Source of the DNA: an uncultured Candidatus Binatia bacterium
GTDB lineage: Bacteria > Desulfobacterota > Binatia > UBA9968 > JAJDTQ01
DNA length: 64,000 nucleotides
Direction: 5' to 3'
Assembly (NCBI GenBank): GCA_965213675.1
Contig: OZ243916.1
Coordinates: 2,112,001-2,176,000 of the forward strand
Below the pieces are notes generated by a model that saw nothing but the letters and a program-made list of their open reading frames with translations, was not told where the DNA came from and searched no databases. Numbering within the stretch: the first letter of the stretch is position 1; each line of letters starts with the position of its first letter. The position numbers were made by a program, and so were the translations under genes. Positions 22,416 through 34,873 of the stretch are shown piece after piece.

Positions 22416-22580
22416 CTAGGGTTGCGTTCCGCCAATACGTTGACAAATCCGCTTGTCCTTTCTGCCGTCGGCTGCGTTGCTCTTCCGCGCGTGGCACACG
22501 CCACTGCTCGTCATCGCGCCTTGCCGACAACAAAAATTCCTGCGCATCTTCGTCAACGTATTGGCGGAACGCAACCCTAG
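22416..22580. mobile_element. 165-bp MITE type A (copy 4)
   Basis: Perfect 29-bp terminal inverted repeat CTAGGGTTGCGTTCCGCCAATACGTTGAC; shared core. Confidence 0.85.
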
Positions 22581-22615
22581 ACCTGCTCCGGCCCTTCTGG
22601 CAAGAAGGTGGGGCC

Positions 22616-23782
22616 ATGGGGGAGGAACAGCTTTCGGTCCGCATCGTCCGCCGCATCAACGAGGTGCCGCGAGAGGCGTGGGACTCGCTGCTGCGGGACG
22701 GCTCGCCGTTCATGCGCTGGGACTGGCTGGACTGCCTGGAGGAAACGGGCTGCGTCTGTGACAAAACCGGCTGGGCGCCGCACCACCTCGTAGTCGAACG
22801 GGGCAAGGAGCTCCTCGGCGCCTGCCCCATGTACCTGAAGTCCCACAGCATGGGGGAGTTCGTCTTCGACCACCAGTGGGCCGGCTACGCCATGCAGGCG
22901 GGCATCGAGTACTATCCCAAGATACTCGTGGGCGTGCCCTTCACGCCGGTGGTAGGGTCGCGCTTCCTCACCGCTCCCGGGATCGACCGCCGGAGCGTCA
23001 TCGCCATCCTGGGCCGGGCGCTGGTAGAAATCTGCGGCGGCAACGAGTTGTCGTCCATCCACATCAACTTCTGCGACCAGGAAGAGATGGAGGCGCTGGA
23101 GGACCTGGACTACATCCCGAAGATCGGGCTCCAGTTCCACTGGCAGAACCGGAACTACGGCACGTTCGACGACTACCTGGGAGCGTTCCGCAGCGGTCGG
23201 CGCAACAAGATCAAGCACGAGCGGCGGGAACTGGAAAAACAGGGAATCCTCGTCCGCGCTCTGCCCTACGACGACATAACCCCGGACATCCAGCGCACCC
23301 TGTTCGAGCTGTACAAGCACCACATCGACCGCCTCTACTACGGCCACCAATACCTGAACGGCCGCTTCTTCGACGAACTGCTGAAGCGGCCCTACCCGTT
23401 CCTCTGCCCCATCGTCGCCCAACGCGACGGCCGCATCATCGCCGGCACCTTCAACATCCGCGGCCCCGACACCCTCTACGGCCGCTACTGGGGCGCCTTC
23501 GAGGACCACCGCTACCTGCACTTCAACGTCTGCTACTACGCCGCCATCGAGCACTGCATCGACGAATCGCTGGTCCGCTTCGAGGCCGGCGCCGGCGGCA
23601 GCTTCAAGAACCTCCGTGGACTTGAGCCCGCCAAGACCTACAGCGCCCACTACATCCGCGACAAACGCTTCCGGCAGGCGCTGGAGCGCTACCTGCAGGA
23701 AGAACGCTCCGAGACCCTGGCGCGGCAGGAGTATCTGCTGGATGGAAGCCCGCTGAAGAAGGGGGAGGGGTCAGGGGCATAG
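22616..23782 (+). CDS. FemAB-like GNAT protein (DUF482 family)
   Basis: 'P.YLKSHSMGEFVFDHQWA', 'YYPK..VGVPFTPV', 'LYGRYWG', 'LHFNVCYY', 'FEAGAGG'. Confidence 0.87.
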   Translation: MGEEQLSVRIVRRINEVPREAWDSLLRDGSPFMRWDWLDCLEETGCVCDKTGWAPHHLVVERGKELLGACPMYLKSHSMGEFVFDHQWAGYAMQAGIEYYPKILVGVPFTPVVGSRFLTAPGIDRRSVIAILGRALVEICGGNELSSIHINFCDQEEMEALEDLDYIPKIGLQFHWQNRNYGTFDDYLGAFRSGRRNKIKHERRELEKQGILVRALPYDDITPDIQRTLFELYKHHIDRLYYGHQYLNGRFFDELLKRPYPFLCPIVAQRDGRIIAGTFNIRGPDTLYGRYWGAFEDHRYLHFNVCYYAAIEHCIDESLVRFEAGAGGSFKNLRGLEPAKTYSAHYIRDKRFRQALERYLQEERSETLARQEYLLDGSPLKKGEGSGA

Positions 23783-23824
23783 TCCCAGCTACACTGGGAG
23801 ACAAACGACTCAGTCTCAAACTTG

Positions 23825-23872
23825 GTCAATGGGCAATGACTAAATTTAGTCAATGGGTAATGACTAAATCTC
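23825..23872. repeat. AT-rich 24-bp tandem duplication with a palindrome at the junction
   Basis: GTCAATGGGCAATGACTAAATTTA / GTCAATGGGTAATGACTAAATCTC; junction TGACTAAATTTAGTCA is a perfect 16-bp palindrome. Confidence 0.75.
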
Positions 23873-23891
23873 CCACTCACTTGGCCCGCCG

Positions 23892-26135
<2,244 letters not shown>

Positions 26136-26136
26136 G

Positions 26137-26451
26137 TCATTCCTCTTCGATGGAGCACTTGAGCGGATATTCGTACTGCCGCGCCAGGCCCTCCACGGTC
26201 TTCACCTTGGTCTCCGCCACCTCGTAGGGATAGACCCCGGCCACGCCGATGCCGTTCCGGTGCACGTGCAGCATGATCTGCACCGCCTCGGTATTGTCCT
26301 TGTTGAAGACGTACTCCAGGATCTGCACCACGAACTCCCGGGTGGTGTAGTCGTCGTTGTGCAGCAGCACCTTGAAAAGCGACGGCCGCTTCAGCTTCTT
26401 CCTGGTTTCGACGGCTACGTCGCGATCCACATCGTATTCGCGCCTGCTCAT
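26137..26451 (-). CDS. clpS: Clp protease adaptor ClpS
   Basis: 'FKVLLHNDDYTTREFVV', 'IMLHVH..G', 'YEVAETK', 'YPL'. Confidence 0.96.
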   Translation of the reverse strand: MSRREYDVDRDVAVETRKKLKRPSLFKVLLHNDDYTTREFVVQILEYVFNKDNTEAVQIMLHVHRNGIGVAGVYPYEVAETKVKTVEGLARQYEYPLKCSIEEE

Positions 26452-26827
26452 GGAGGCCCTCCTGAAGTATCAACCAGACGCCCATGTTAGTACGCGCCGG
26501 GCGAGGGTTCAATGTCCAGGTCGAAAACGCAGGCCAACTCCACGACACCAGGAGCCTGCGTCGCAGGAACTTGCGAACGCGAAAATTCGCCATCGCCGTC
26601 CCTTCGGCCGGTGGATTGAGGAGAATATCAGGTCAAATTTGATGAAATCGAGCGGCCGAAGGGCCGGATGAGCCCTTGAGCCTCACGAGCCGTTTTCAAG
26701 GTATCGATGCGTTGATCAAGTAGGCAGGTCGTCACGATCCATTAAAACAGATCATGGGCTGGAAATTCATGTCAAGACCTATCGAACCGGCGTACCCGCT
26801 TGCCGAACCGCTGTTGTGCGATTCCGC

Positions 26828-27232
26828 TCACGCCTTCTCCCAGCGCGGCACCGTGTCCCGGTACGGTATGCCGTCACCGAAGAGCGTGCGGCCGCCCAAG
26901 GGGAAGTCCTTCGGCGGGACCCCGCCCATGATGAGGAAAACCACGTCGTACGTCGAGTCATTGCCGATGGCGCGCTTGACCTCCGGGCTCACGCGGATGA
27001 TCGTCCCCTCGGGCATGGGAATGCGAACGCCGTCAAGGATGATGGTCCCCTCGCCCTGGAGGGTCATGAACACCTCCTCCTGCACCTCGTGCTGGTGCAC
27101 GTACTCCGCGCCCTGGCCCGGCTTGATACGCACGAGGCCGAAGCCGACGCCCGTGCAATCGAGCTTGCGCGCGAGAAACTCCTTGTCCTTTACGTCCTTC
27201 AAGGGCATGGACATCTGGTTGTACTTGGCCAT
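26828..27232 (-). CDS. Cupin domain protein
   Basis: 'HQHEVQEEVF..LQGEG', 'IRVSPEVKR'; AAGGAGG RBS. Confidence 0.75.
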   Translation of the reverse strand: MAKYNQMSMPLKDVKDKEFLARKLDCTGVGFGLVRIKPGQGAEYVHQHEVQEEVFMTLQGEGTIILDGVRIPMPEGTIIRVSPEVKRAIGNDSTYDVVFLIMGGVPPKDFPLGGRTLFGDGIPYRDTVPRWEKA

Positions 27233-27260
27233 GGCAACCTCCTTGAAAACAGACCCGACC

Positions 27261-27283
27261 CATCCCGCGAAAGCGGGAATCCA
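27261..27283 (+). repeat. REP/dRS3-like palindrome, short variant
   Basis: CATCCCGCGAAAGCGGGAATCCA. Confidence 0.7.
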
Positions 27284-27379
27284 GGGATGGTGACGCGGAA
27301 ATGACGATTCGCCGAGCGCCTGCCCTGGGACGCTTCGACAGACCCTGGTCCCCCGGCATCCCGGCTCTGGAGACCCCGG

Positions 27380-29053
27380 CTACCGCGTGACCGCACCCTC
27401 CGACGCCGAGGACACCAGCCGGGCGTACTTGGCCATGACCCCGCTGGCGTAGCGCGGCGCCGGCGCCTGCCATTCGCGCAGCCGCTTGGCCATCTCTTCC
27501 GCCGGAATCTCCAGGTCCAGGCGCCGGGCATCGACGTCGAAGGTGATGGTGTCGCCGTCCCGCACCGCGGCAATGGGACCGCCCCGCGCCGCCTCGGGGG
27601 CTACGTGGCCCGCCATGAGGCCGTGGGTGGCGCCGGAGAAGCGGCCGTCGGTGAGGAGCGCCACGGACTCGCCCAGGCCCGCGCCCACCAAGGCCGCGGT
27701 GACCCCCAGCATCTCGCGCATGCCGGGTCCGCCCATGGGCCCCTCGTAGCGGATCACCACCACGTCGCCCGCCTGGATCTCGCCCTGCTGCACCGCCTTG
27801 AAGGAGTCCTCCTCGCGGTTGAACACCCGCGCCGGCCCACTGTGGCGCGTGCGCCCGTGGCCCGCCACCTTGACCACGCAGCCCTCGGGGGCGAGGTTGC
27901 CCTTGAGAATCACCAGCCCGCCGGTGGGCTTCAGCGGCTCGGACACCGCCCGCACCACTTCCTGCCCGGGCGTCTCTTCGGCGGACCCCACCTCCTCGGC
28001 GAGGGTGCGGCCGGTGACGGTCAAACAGCCGCCGTGGAGCTTGCCGGCGTCCAGCAACCGGCGCGCCACCAGCGGAATGCCGCCAGCCCGGTATAGGTCG
28101 TTGGCCACGAAGCGGCCGCCGGGCTTCAGGTCCGCGATCAGCGGAGTGTTGGAGCTGATGCGGTCGAAGTCGTCGATGCGCAGGTCCACCTCCGCCTCCC
28201 GCGCCACCCCGAGCAGGTGCAGCACGCCGTTGGTGGAGCCGCCGGTGGCCGCGATGGACGCCACCGCGTTCTCCAGCGCCTCGCGGGTGATGACCTGGCG
28301 CGCGGTGAGGTTCTTGCGCACCAGTTCCATGACCATCTCACCGACCCGGTAGGCGACGTCGTCCTTGCTGTCGTCCATGGCGGGCACACTGGCGCTGCCG
28401 ATGGGCGAGATCCCCAGGATCTCGAAGGCCGTGGCCATGGTGTTGGCGGTGAACTGGCCGCCGCACGCCCCGGGCCCCGGACAGGCGTTGCTCTCCAGGT
28501 CCAGCAACTCGGCGTCGGTCATCTTGTTGGCGGCATGGGCGCCCACCCCTTCGAACACGTCCTGGATGGTGACGTCGCGTCCCTGGAAACGGCCTGGCAT
28601 GATCGACCCGCCGTAGAGCATCAGCGACGGCAGGTCCAGCCGCGCCAGCGCCATCACCGTGCCTGGGATGGTCTTGTCGCAGCCCGAAAGCGCTACCACC
28701 GCGTCGAACAGGTGCCCGCGGGTCACCAACTCGATGGAGTCGGCGATGACCTCGCGGCTGATGAGCGACGCCTTCATCCCCTCGGTGCCCATGGAGATGC
28801 CGTCGGACACCGCCACGGTATTGAACTCGATGGGCGTGCCGCCGGCCGCGCGCACCCCTTCCTTCACCTTGGCCGAGAGCCGGCGCAGGTGGAGGTTGCA
28901 CGGCATCACCTCGATCCAGGTGTTGGCGATGCCCACCAGCGGCTTGTTGAGATCGTCATCCGTCAGCCCCACCGCCTTGAGCATGGCGCGGGACGGCGCC
29001 CGGTCAGGTCCCTGGGTGATGGTCCGGCTGTGCCGGTTGAGTGGTTCGGCCAT
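27380..29053 (-). CDS. ilvD: Dihydroxy-acid dehydratase
   Basis: 'PCNLHL', 'SDGISMG', 'GCDKT.PG', '[12 protein letters not shown]', 'GGSTN', '[12 protein letters not shown]', 'TDGRFSG'. Confidence 0.95.
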   Translation of the reverse strand: MAEPLNRHSRTITQGPDRAPSRAMLKAVGLTDDDLNKPLVGIANTWIEVMPCNLHLRRLSAKVKEGVRAAGGTPIEFNTVAVSDGISMGTEGMKASLISREVIADSIELVTRGHLFDAVVALSGCDKTIPGTVMALARLDLPSLMLYGGSIMPGRFQGRDVTIQDVFEGVGAHAANKMTDAELLDLESNACPGPGACGGQFTANTMATAFEILGISPIGSASVPAMDDSKDDVAYRVGEMVMELVRKNLTARQVITREALENAVASIAATGGSTNGVLHLLGVAREAEVDLRIDDFDRISSNTPLIADLKPGGRFVANDLYRAGGIPLVARRLLDAGKLHGGCLTVTGRTLAEEVGSAEETPGQEVVRAVSEPLKPTGGLVILKGNLAPEGCVVKVAGHGRTRHSGPARVFNREEDSFKAVQQGEIQAGDVVVIRYEGPMGGPGMREMLGVTAALVGAGLGESVALLTDGRFSGATHGLMAGHVAPEAARGGPIAAVRDGDTITFDVDARRLDLEIPAEEMAKRLREWQAPAPRYASGVMAKYARLVSSASEGAVTR

Positions 29054-29196
29054 GGTTCGTTCTGCTCCTTCCCTGCAATTCCTGGAAGCCCGCGCTACGG
29101 TGGTCCCGGCAAGGGCGACCGCACCCTTCTCCCTGCCGATCCCGGATACACACGTTACGGCCGATTCCCGCAGGGGCGGCCGCGCCCTTGCCGCGG

Positions 29197-30237
29197 CTAC
29201 GAGTCGCTGACTCGGTCGGACTCCTGGTCGTCCAGCCACATGAGCCGGGCCGGGTTGTCCTTGAGCATGATGGAGATCTGCTCCTTGGTGATGCCGAAGC
29301 CCAGCAACGCGCGGATGAACACGCGCATGCCGTCCACGGCGTTCAGGTGCAGCACCTGGCCGAAGTCGCTGCCGATGATGCAGCGTTCGGGGCCGATCTC
29401 GGCAATGGTCTTGACCGTCTCCATGGGGTCGGCCACCGGCTGGTACAGGCTCGGGATCATGGGCTGGCAGTAGGTGCCCACGTACACGCCCAGGTCCGCC
29501 AGTTCCTTCATCTCGTCCAGCAACAGCTTGTTGAGCTCCAGCAGCGGGTGGTCCAGGGTGGCGCGCACGCCCAGTTCCCTTGCCTTCTGGCACAGCGGCA
29601 GCAGCTCCTGAAAGTCGGTATGGCCGAAGCCGATGCCCACCTTTTTCTCCACCGCCATTTTCATGATCTCCACCACCTCCGGCAACACCTCGCCCTCCTC
29701 GCTCACCAGCCGTACGCCGCCCTTCTCCGGGTGGCCGGCGCTGCGCCAGAACCCGAACGAGGTGAAGGTCGGGAACCAGATCATCTTGGCGTTGGGGTAC
29801 TGGAGCGCGATGCGCACGTACTCCGGGTTCATGCCGTAGCACATGCCGCAGCCGCCGTAGACCTCCACCCGGTGCTCCAGCTCCCCCGTCTCCACAAGGT
29901 GGTCGATGTGGCGCTGCACCACGTAGCAGGCGTTGGCGCTGACGTTCCAGTGGTCCTTGAAGGCCAGCGCGCGCATGCCCGCCTTTGAGGCGTCGATGGC
30001 GATCTGGATCATGTCCTGGGAGCGGTGCACGAAGTCGGGATAGGCGTGGATGTGGCAATCGATGGCGTTCTCAAGCAACTCGTCCTCGATGCCGGGATAA
30101 ATCTTGAGCATCTCGGGGTTGTCCTTGAGCATCTGGTAGAAATAGTCCTTGGCATTGAGCTGACGGACGCGTTCCACGGTGAGGGTACGGCCCACCAGGA
30201 TGCCGGCGGCCTCGGCGTCTGCTGCGAAATCACACAT
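29197..30237 (-). CDS. DUF6282-like amidohydrolase-fold metalloprotein
   Basis: '[10 protein letters not shown]', 'KDH', 'IWFPT', 'GH', 'DHP', 'GSDFGQ', 'NPARL'. Confidence 0.7.
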   Translation of the reverse strand: MCDFAADAEAAGILVGRTLTVERVRQLNAKDYFYQMLKDNPEMLKIYPGIEDELLENAIDCHIHAYPDFVHRSQDMIQIAIDASKAGMRALAFKDHWNVSANACYVVQRHIDHLVETGELEHRVEVYGGCGMCYGMNPEYVRIALQYPNAKMIWFPTFTSFGFWRSAGHPEKGGVRLVSEEGEVLPEVVEIMKMAVEKKVGIGFGHTDFQELLPLCQKARELGVRATLDHPLLELNKLLLDEMKELADLGVYVGTYCQPMIPSLYQPVADPMETVKTIAEIGPERCIIGSDFGQVLHLNAVDGMRVFIRALLGFGITKEQISIMLKDNPARLMWLDDQESDRVSDS

Positions 30238-30542
30238 GCTTTTCCTCGCTTTCCAGTAGTTGAATGAATTTGCCCCGGACCCTGGGAACTTGCGCCGCAA
30301 GCTCCTGGCCCCGCTCACGCACACACGCGCGTGTGTCGTCCGTGCGGCACTCCCCGACCGCCAGCCCGACCCTGGGAGCCTGTCGGGTTTATCAAGAATC
30401 TGCTGCGAGGCAGCGAAATGGGTCCAGTTCCGGTTGGATTTTCGTCCAATATTACCAATATTCTCCTCAAATCCACCCGAAACTGGCCTTTCTCTGCCGC
30501 TCGCTACGATTCGATAATCCCGACAGGCTCCTGGACACGGCC

Positions 30543-31544
30543 TCAGCCGGACGCCTTTTCCCAGGCGGCAATGAAGCGCGCCGCGTCTTCGGCGGCAGGC
30601 TCGCTTACCGGCACGTAGGGCACCACCATCCGCGTCACGCCGGCCTCGACGTAGGGCGCGAGCCGGTCCTTGATCTCTTCCACCGAGGTGGCCGGGATCA
30701 CCGGCAGCCGGTCCATGTAGTCATCGGTGAGAGCGCCCATGGCGGCCTTGAAGCCGCCGCTCCGGAACCTCTCCTGCACCGCGTCCACCTCCGCCACGAA
30801 ACCCTGCTCGCGCAGCATGGCGCTGTAGTGGTCGGCGATGTTGTAGAAGGTCAGCGCCTGACGCAACTTCGAACGCGCCACCTCGCGGTCGGGGTTGAGG
30901 GACACGCGAACCTTGCCGATGACGTCCACCGGGCCGCGCCCCACCGCGTTGGCGGCGGCCCGGGTGCGCTCGGCGATCTCGCGGATCTTGTCCGCCGTGG
31001 CCATGTTGATGAAGACGCCGTCCGAGATCCTTCCCGCCAACCGCGTCATCTGCGGCCCCAGGCCGGCCAGAAAGACCGGCACGCGGGGGTGGCGCGGCTT
31101 CCACGAAAGCTGGAAGCGCTTGCCGGTGCCGTAGATCTCCCCGTCGTACTCGACGCGCTCCCCCGCGGCGACCTTGCGCACGATTTCCATGTATTCGCGC
31201 GCGCGCCGCAACGGGCGGTCGAAGACTCCGCCATGCCACGCCGCAATAGCCTTGTTGGCCACGCCGAGCCCCAGCAGCACACGCCCGCCCGACAGGTCCT
31301 GCAAGGTCGCCGCCTGCACCCCCAGCGTCACCGGACTGCGGCCGTAAATGTGATAAATCGCGGTCCCCAGCTTGATGGTGCTCGTGCGGCTCGCCGCCGC
31401 CGAGATCAGCACCATGGGATCGGTGCTGTTGGACTCGCCCTTCCAGAACGCGCCGAAGCCCGCCTGTTCCGCCCGCTCCACCAGGTCCACCACGTCCGCC
31501 GCCGGATAGTGCGCCGCGGAATTGATTTCAATGTCGTATATCAC
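30543..31544 (-). CDS. LLM class flavin/F420-dependent oxidoreductase
   Basis: 'AEQAGF..FW.GE', 'IKLGTAI', 'LQDLSGGR..LGLG', 'AGLGPQM'. Confidence 0.85.
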   Translation of the reverse strand: MIYDIEINSAAHYPAADVVDLVERAEQAGFGAFWKGESNSTDPMVLISAAASRTSTIKLGTAIYHIYGRSPVTLGVQAATLQDLSGGRVLLGLGVANKAIAAWHGGVFDRPLRRAREYMEIVRKVAAGERVEYDGEIYGTGKRFQLSWKPRHPRVPVFLAGLGPQMTRLAGRISDGVFINMATADKIREIAERTRAAANAVGRGPVDVIGKVRVSLNPDREVARSKLRQALTFYNIADHYSAMLREQGFVAEVDAVQERFRSGGFKAAMGALTDDYMDRLPVIPATSVEEIKDRLAPYVEAGVTRMVVPYVPVSEPAAEDAARFIAAWEKASG

Positions 31545-31626
31545 GAGCCTCCCTCGCCTTGGTTGTTGCAGCGCCCTTCGAAATGGTTCACGGCAGGCGA
31601 AGCGAAGTCGAAGGACGCCATGCCTG

Positions 31627-32121
31627 TCAAGGAGTCCGGTTCCCCGTGGCTTGGCGCGCGGTCATGAAATTGATCATCTTCATGCTCATGACCACATCGC
31701 CGTCCTGGTTCAGCGTCTCCAGGAACGAGTTTACGATGCCGCGGTCGGGCTTCGAGCTCGACCGCCGCGTCTCCAGCACCGTGACCCGCACCGTCAACGC
31801 ATCCCCCGGGCGCACCGGCTTGCTCCAGCGCAGTTCATCCACGCCGGGCGAGCCCAGATTCGCCACCGCCGAAAGATAGTTGTCCGAATAGACCCGCATC
31901 ATGGCCGCGGCCGTATGCCAGCCGCTGGCAATGAGCCCCTTGTAGAGGGTATTCTTCGCCAGTTCCCGATCAATATGATACGGCTGCGGCACGAACCGCT
32001 TGCCAAAGTCGATGATCTCGTCCTCGCCCAGGCTGATGGGCCCGAACTCATGCACCGAGCCGGTCACGTAATCCTCGAAGTAACGATCTTCCCTGGGAAC
32101 ACTGAAACCGGATTCGCTCAT
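31627..32121 (-). CDS. MaoC family dehydratase
   Basis: 'RYFEDY', 'PQPYHID', 'GLIASGWHT', 'GSPGVDELRW..PVRPGD'. Confidence 0.85.
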   Translation of the reverse strand: MSESGFSVPREDRYFEDYVTGSVHEFGPISLGEDEIIDFGKRFVPQPYHIDRELAKNTLYKGLIASGWHTAAAMMRVYSDNYLSAVANLGSPGVDELRWSKPVRPGDALTVRVTVLETRRSSSKPDRGIVNSFLETLNQDGDVVMSMKMINFMTARQATGNRTP

Positions 32122-32268
32122 CGCCACACGAGTACAATGAACCGGTGTGCGCTGCAACTTCCCGCGGGAAGCCGGTCATTCCGTCATTGAACTGAAAATG
32201 ACATCCGGGCCCCGCCGTTCACGGGGCTACGAACCCGCATCTCCGGGTCGTCGCGCCCGTCCCCACGC

Positions 32269-32293
32269 CTGGATTCCCGCTTCCGCGAAATGC
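32269..32293 (-). repeat. Degenerate REP/dRS3-like copy
   Basis: CTGGATTCCCGCTTCCGCGAAATGC resembles CTGGATTCCCGCTTTCGCGGGAATGAC. Confidence 0.55.
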
Positions 32294-32381
32294 CACGATG
32301 CCGGTTTGGAGCCGACACAAGAGGGCATGAACGGCGGCGCCGCCGGGTGTTGACCATGATGGTTCGGAGCGTCGCGGTTCG

Positions 32382-33605
32382 TTACCTCACCGAGTCGCGT
32401 ACCGGCGGCCGCGTAAAGAACATCAGCGCCGTGGACGCGAACGCGGCGCCGGCGAAGACGGCGAGGGGGACCGTGTAGCTGTGGGTGAGATCGTAGAAGA
32501 AACCGGCGCTGATGGGTCCCATGACGCTGCCGGCGGTGACGAACATGCGGCTGAAGCCCTGAATGCTGGCGAAATGGCGGACACCGAAGTAGTCGGCACG
32601 AATCGGCTCCTGAAGCGAGGCGAGGCCGCCGTAGCAAAACGAGTACACCACCAGTGCCCCCATGAACCCGGCGGAGGAGTCGGTCACGGCCATGGTCAGC
32701 ACAGAGGCACCGAGGGCGCCGAGAAGGCCGATCATCAGGCGGCGCTTCTCCATGAAGTCGCCCATCCAGCCGAAGGCCAAGCGCGCGGGAACGCCGATGA
32801 CGGCGGAGACGCCGAGCAGGCCGGCGGCCACTTCCTGGGCCCATCCCCGGTCCACCAGGAGGATCACAAGATGCACCGAGATGCCCTCGGTGACCATCTG
32901 CCGCAGGCCCATGACCGCGGCGAGGAACCAAAACGAGCGGGTGCGCAGCACCTCTTTCACGGACAGCGACACCTCGGGGGGGGTCGCCTTGGCCGCGGCG
33001 CCCCCGGCCGGTCTGTCCCGTGGCGATTCCGAGAAACCCGCGGCCCTCTCGTAGGCCCCGCCGATGGCCCGCGCGAGGGGCCACCCCATGGCCACGATGA
33101 TCACCGCCGAGGCCAACGACGCAGCGCGCCACCCCCACCATACGATCATCAGACCCACCACCGGCACCAGCAGCCCCGACAGGCCCGGCCCGGTCCGGAA
33201 AATTCCGAAGGCCAGACTCCGGCGCGCGCGAAACAGCGTCGCCACCACCACGCTCACGGGGATGTAGAACCCGACGCTGGAGCCGAGCACGATGCCTCCG
33301 ACGATCGTGACATAGAGCATCGGCAGCGAATTCACGAAGCTCATGCCGATGAACCCAAGCGCGCAGATCACCGTGCCCAGGTACATGACGCGCCGCGGCC
33401 CCAGACGATCCGTCATGTACCCCTCGGCCGGTCCCAACAGCCCGGATTCCACCCGGGCCATGGAAAAGGCGCCGGCGATGGCCGTGCGACTCCAGCCGAA
33501 CTCCCGTTCGAAGGACGGGAAGTAGGCGCTCAGCCCGAAGTAGGCCAAGCCGGTGCTCACCGCATGGGCGAACGCACCGGCGAACACGACCCACCAAGTG
33601 GACAT
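32382..33605 (-). CDS. MFS transporter (MCT/OFA-like)
   Basis: About 12 TM segments; 'EFGWSR', 'G...DRLGPR', 'ADYFG..HFASI.G'. Confidence 0.85.
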   Translation of the reverse strand: MSTWWVVFAGAFAHAVSTGLAYFGLSAYFPSFEREFGWSRTAIAGAFSMARVESGLLGPAEGYMTDRLGPRRVMYLGTVICALGFIGMSFVNSLPMLYVTIVGGIVLGSSVGFYIPVSVVVATLFRARRSLAFGIFRTGPGLSGLLVPVVGLMIVWWGWRAASLASAVIIVAMGWPLARAIGGAYERAAGFSESPRDRPAGGAAAKATPPEVSLSVKEVLRTRSFWFLAAVMGLRQMVTEGISVHLVILLVDRGWAQEVAAGLLGVSAVIGVPARLAFGWMGDFMEKRRLMIGLLGALGASVLTMAVTDSSAGFMGALVVYSFCYGGLASLQEPIRADYFGVRHFASIQGFSRMFVTAGSVMGPISAGFFYDLTHSYTVPLAVFAGAAFASTALMFFTRPPVRDSVR

Positions 33606-33970
33606 GAAGCTGGCGACGAGGGCGCGCTGCGTCCGGACCGGCTTCACGCAACTGGCCCGTGTTCCCAACGAACGTGTGGATTTGACCCAAGGGGGTCCAG
33701 CGACGGCTCTTCCGGGGAGCGGCGAAGCAGGGTGGAAGAAAAGCTGGCCCGCGGCAACCGATTCCGGTGCGGCAACCGGTAGCCCGCCCCCTCCGCGCTG
33801 GACGTGGGCGCGCCCACGATGTTGCCTGTCGCCATTGCCTGCCTTTCTCTGGCTCCACCACCCTACAGGTCTTAACGTCTTCGTCCACCCCCACGCGGCC
33901 CGCCACGTCTCCCTTGAACCATGCCATATCGCCCGACATTCACCGAGTCAACGCTCCATGGACCCGCCAA

Positions 33971-33999
33971 TTGACACGACTGCCACCAAGTGGCACCTT
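33971..33999 (+). promoter_or_regulatory. Possible sigma70 promoter for the Sir2 gene
   Basis: TTGACA, 17-bp spacer, weak -10 (CACCTT), about 80 bp upstream of the ATG. Confidence 0.3.
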
Positions 34000-34080
34000 G
34001 CCATTCGAGAAGGCCCCAGGAGCTTGCGCCGCCGGAATACGCGAACCCGATTTCAGTCCGATCTTCGATCATCGACGCTC

Positions 34081-34833
34081 ATGAACCTTGACGAATTCGC
34101 CGCCAGACTGCGCCGCGCCACGGACATCGTCTTCTTCACGGGCGCCGGCATCAGCACCGAGTCCGGCATTCCGGACTTCAGAAGCCCCGGCGGCAAGTGG
34201 ACACGGATGCGGCCGGTGTACTTCGACGAGTTCATGAGCAGCGAGGAAGCGCGCGTCCGGGCGTGGCAGCGCAAGAAGGAAAGCTACCAGCTCTACAAGG
34301 ACGTGACGCCCAACATCGGCCACACCTCCATCAGCGACTTCGAGAAGCGCGGCAAGCTCCTGGGACTCATCACCCAGAACATCGACGGCCTGCACAGCCG
34401 GGGCGGCGTGTCGGACGAGAAGATCGTCGAGTTGCACGGCTCGGACCGCACCGTGGTGTGCCTCGGTTGCGGCAAGCTGTTCGAACCCGAAGCGGTCATC
34501 GCGAGCCTCAAGGAGCCCTTCACCTCGCCGCGTTGCGACGCCTGCAACGGCCTGCTCAAGACCGGCACCATTTCCTTCGGCCAGCCCATGCCCCAGGCCG
34601 CCATGCAACAGGCCCAGATCTGGAGCGAGGCCGCGGACCTCTTCATCGTGGTGGGCTCGTCGCTGGTGGTGCAACCCGCCGCGTCCTTCCCCGTCATCGC
34701 CAAACAGGCCGGCGCCATCCTCGCCATCGTCAACCGCGAAGCCACCCACATCGAATCCCTGGCGGACTACAGCTACGAGGGCGAGATCGGCGAATTCTTC
34801 CGTCAGTTGAACCCGTTGCTGGCGGACGCGTAG
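34081..34833 (+). CDS. cobB: Sir2/CobB family NAD-dependent protein deacylase
   Basis: 'TGAGISTESGIPDFRS', 'ITQNIDGLH', 'ELHG', two CxxC, 'VGSSL.VQPAA', 'IVN'. Confidence 0.9.
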   Translation: MNLDEFAARLRRATDIVFFTGAGISTESGIPDFRSPGGKWTRMRPVYFDEFMSSEEARVRAWQRKKESYQLYKDVTPNIGHTSISDFEKRGKLLGLITQNIDGLHSRGGVSDEKIVELHGSDRTVVCLGCGKLFEPEAVIASLKEPFTSPRCDACNGLLKTGTISFGQPMPQAAMQQAQIWSEAADLFIVVGSSLVVQPAASFPVIAKQAGAILAIVNREATHIESLADYSYEGEIGEFFRQLNPLLADA

Positions 34834-34873
34834 CTGCGATGCGTTGCCATCTGCCATCTGTAGGCTTTTTTGG

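Noticed and set aside
29054-30058. Apparent 892-aa IlvD fusion or frameshift with the upstream gene
   Set aside because: The extension is an alternative frame of the DUF6282-like gene; ilvD has its own RBS and ATG at 29053.
33606-34080. Long intergenic region as a possible ncRNA or riboswitch (likewise 26452-26827, 30238-30542, 57500-57830)
   Set aside because: No recognisable Rfam-type motif by eye; a covariance-model search would be needed.
34081-34833. Sir2 as a Thoeris/DSR-type NADase defence effector
   Set aside because: Length, Zn-ribbon and motifs match ordinary CobB-type deacylases, and its GC matches the core genome.
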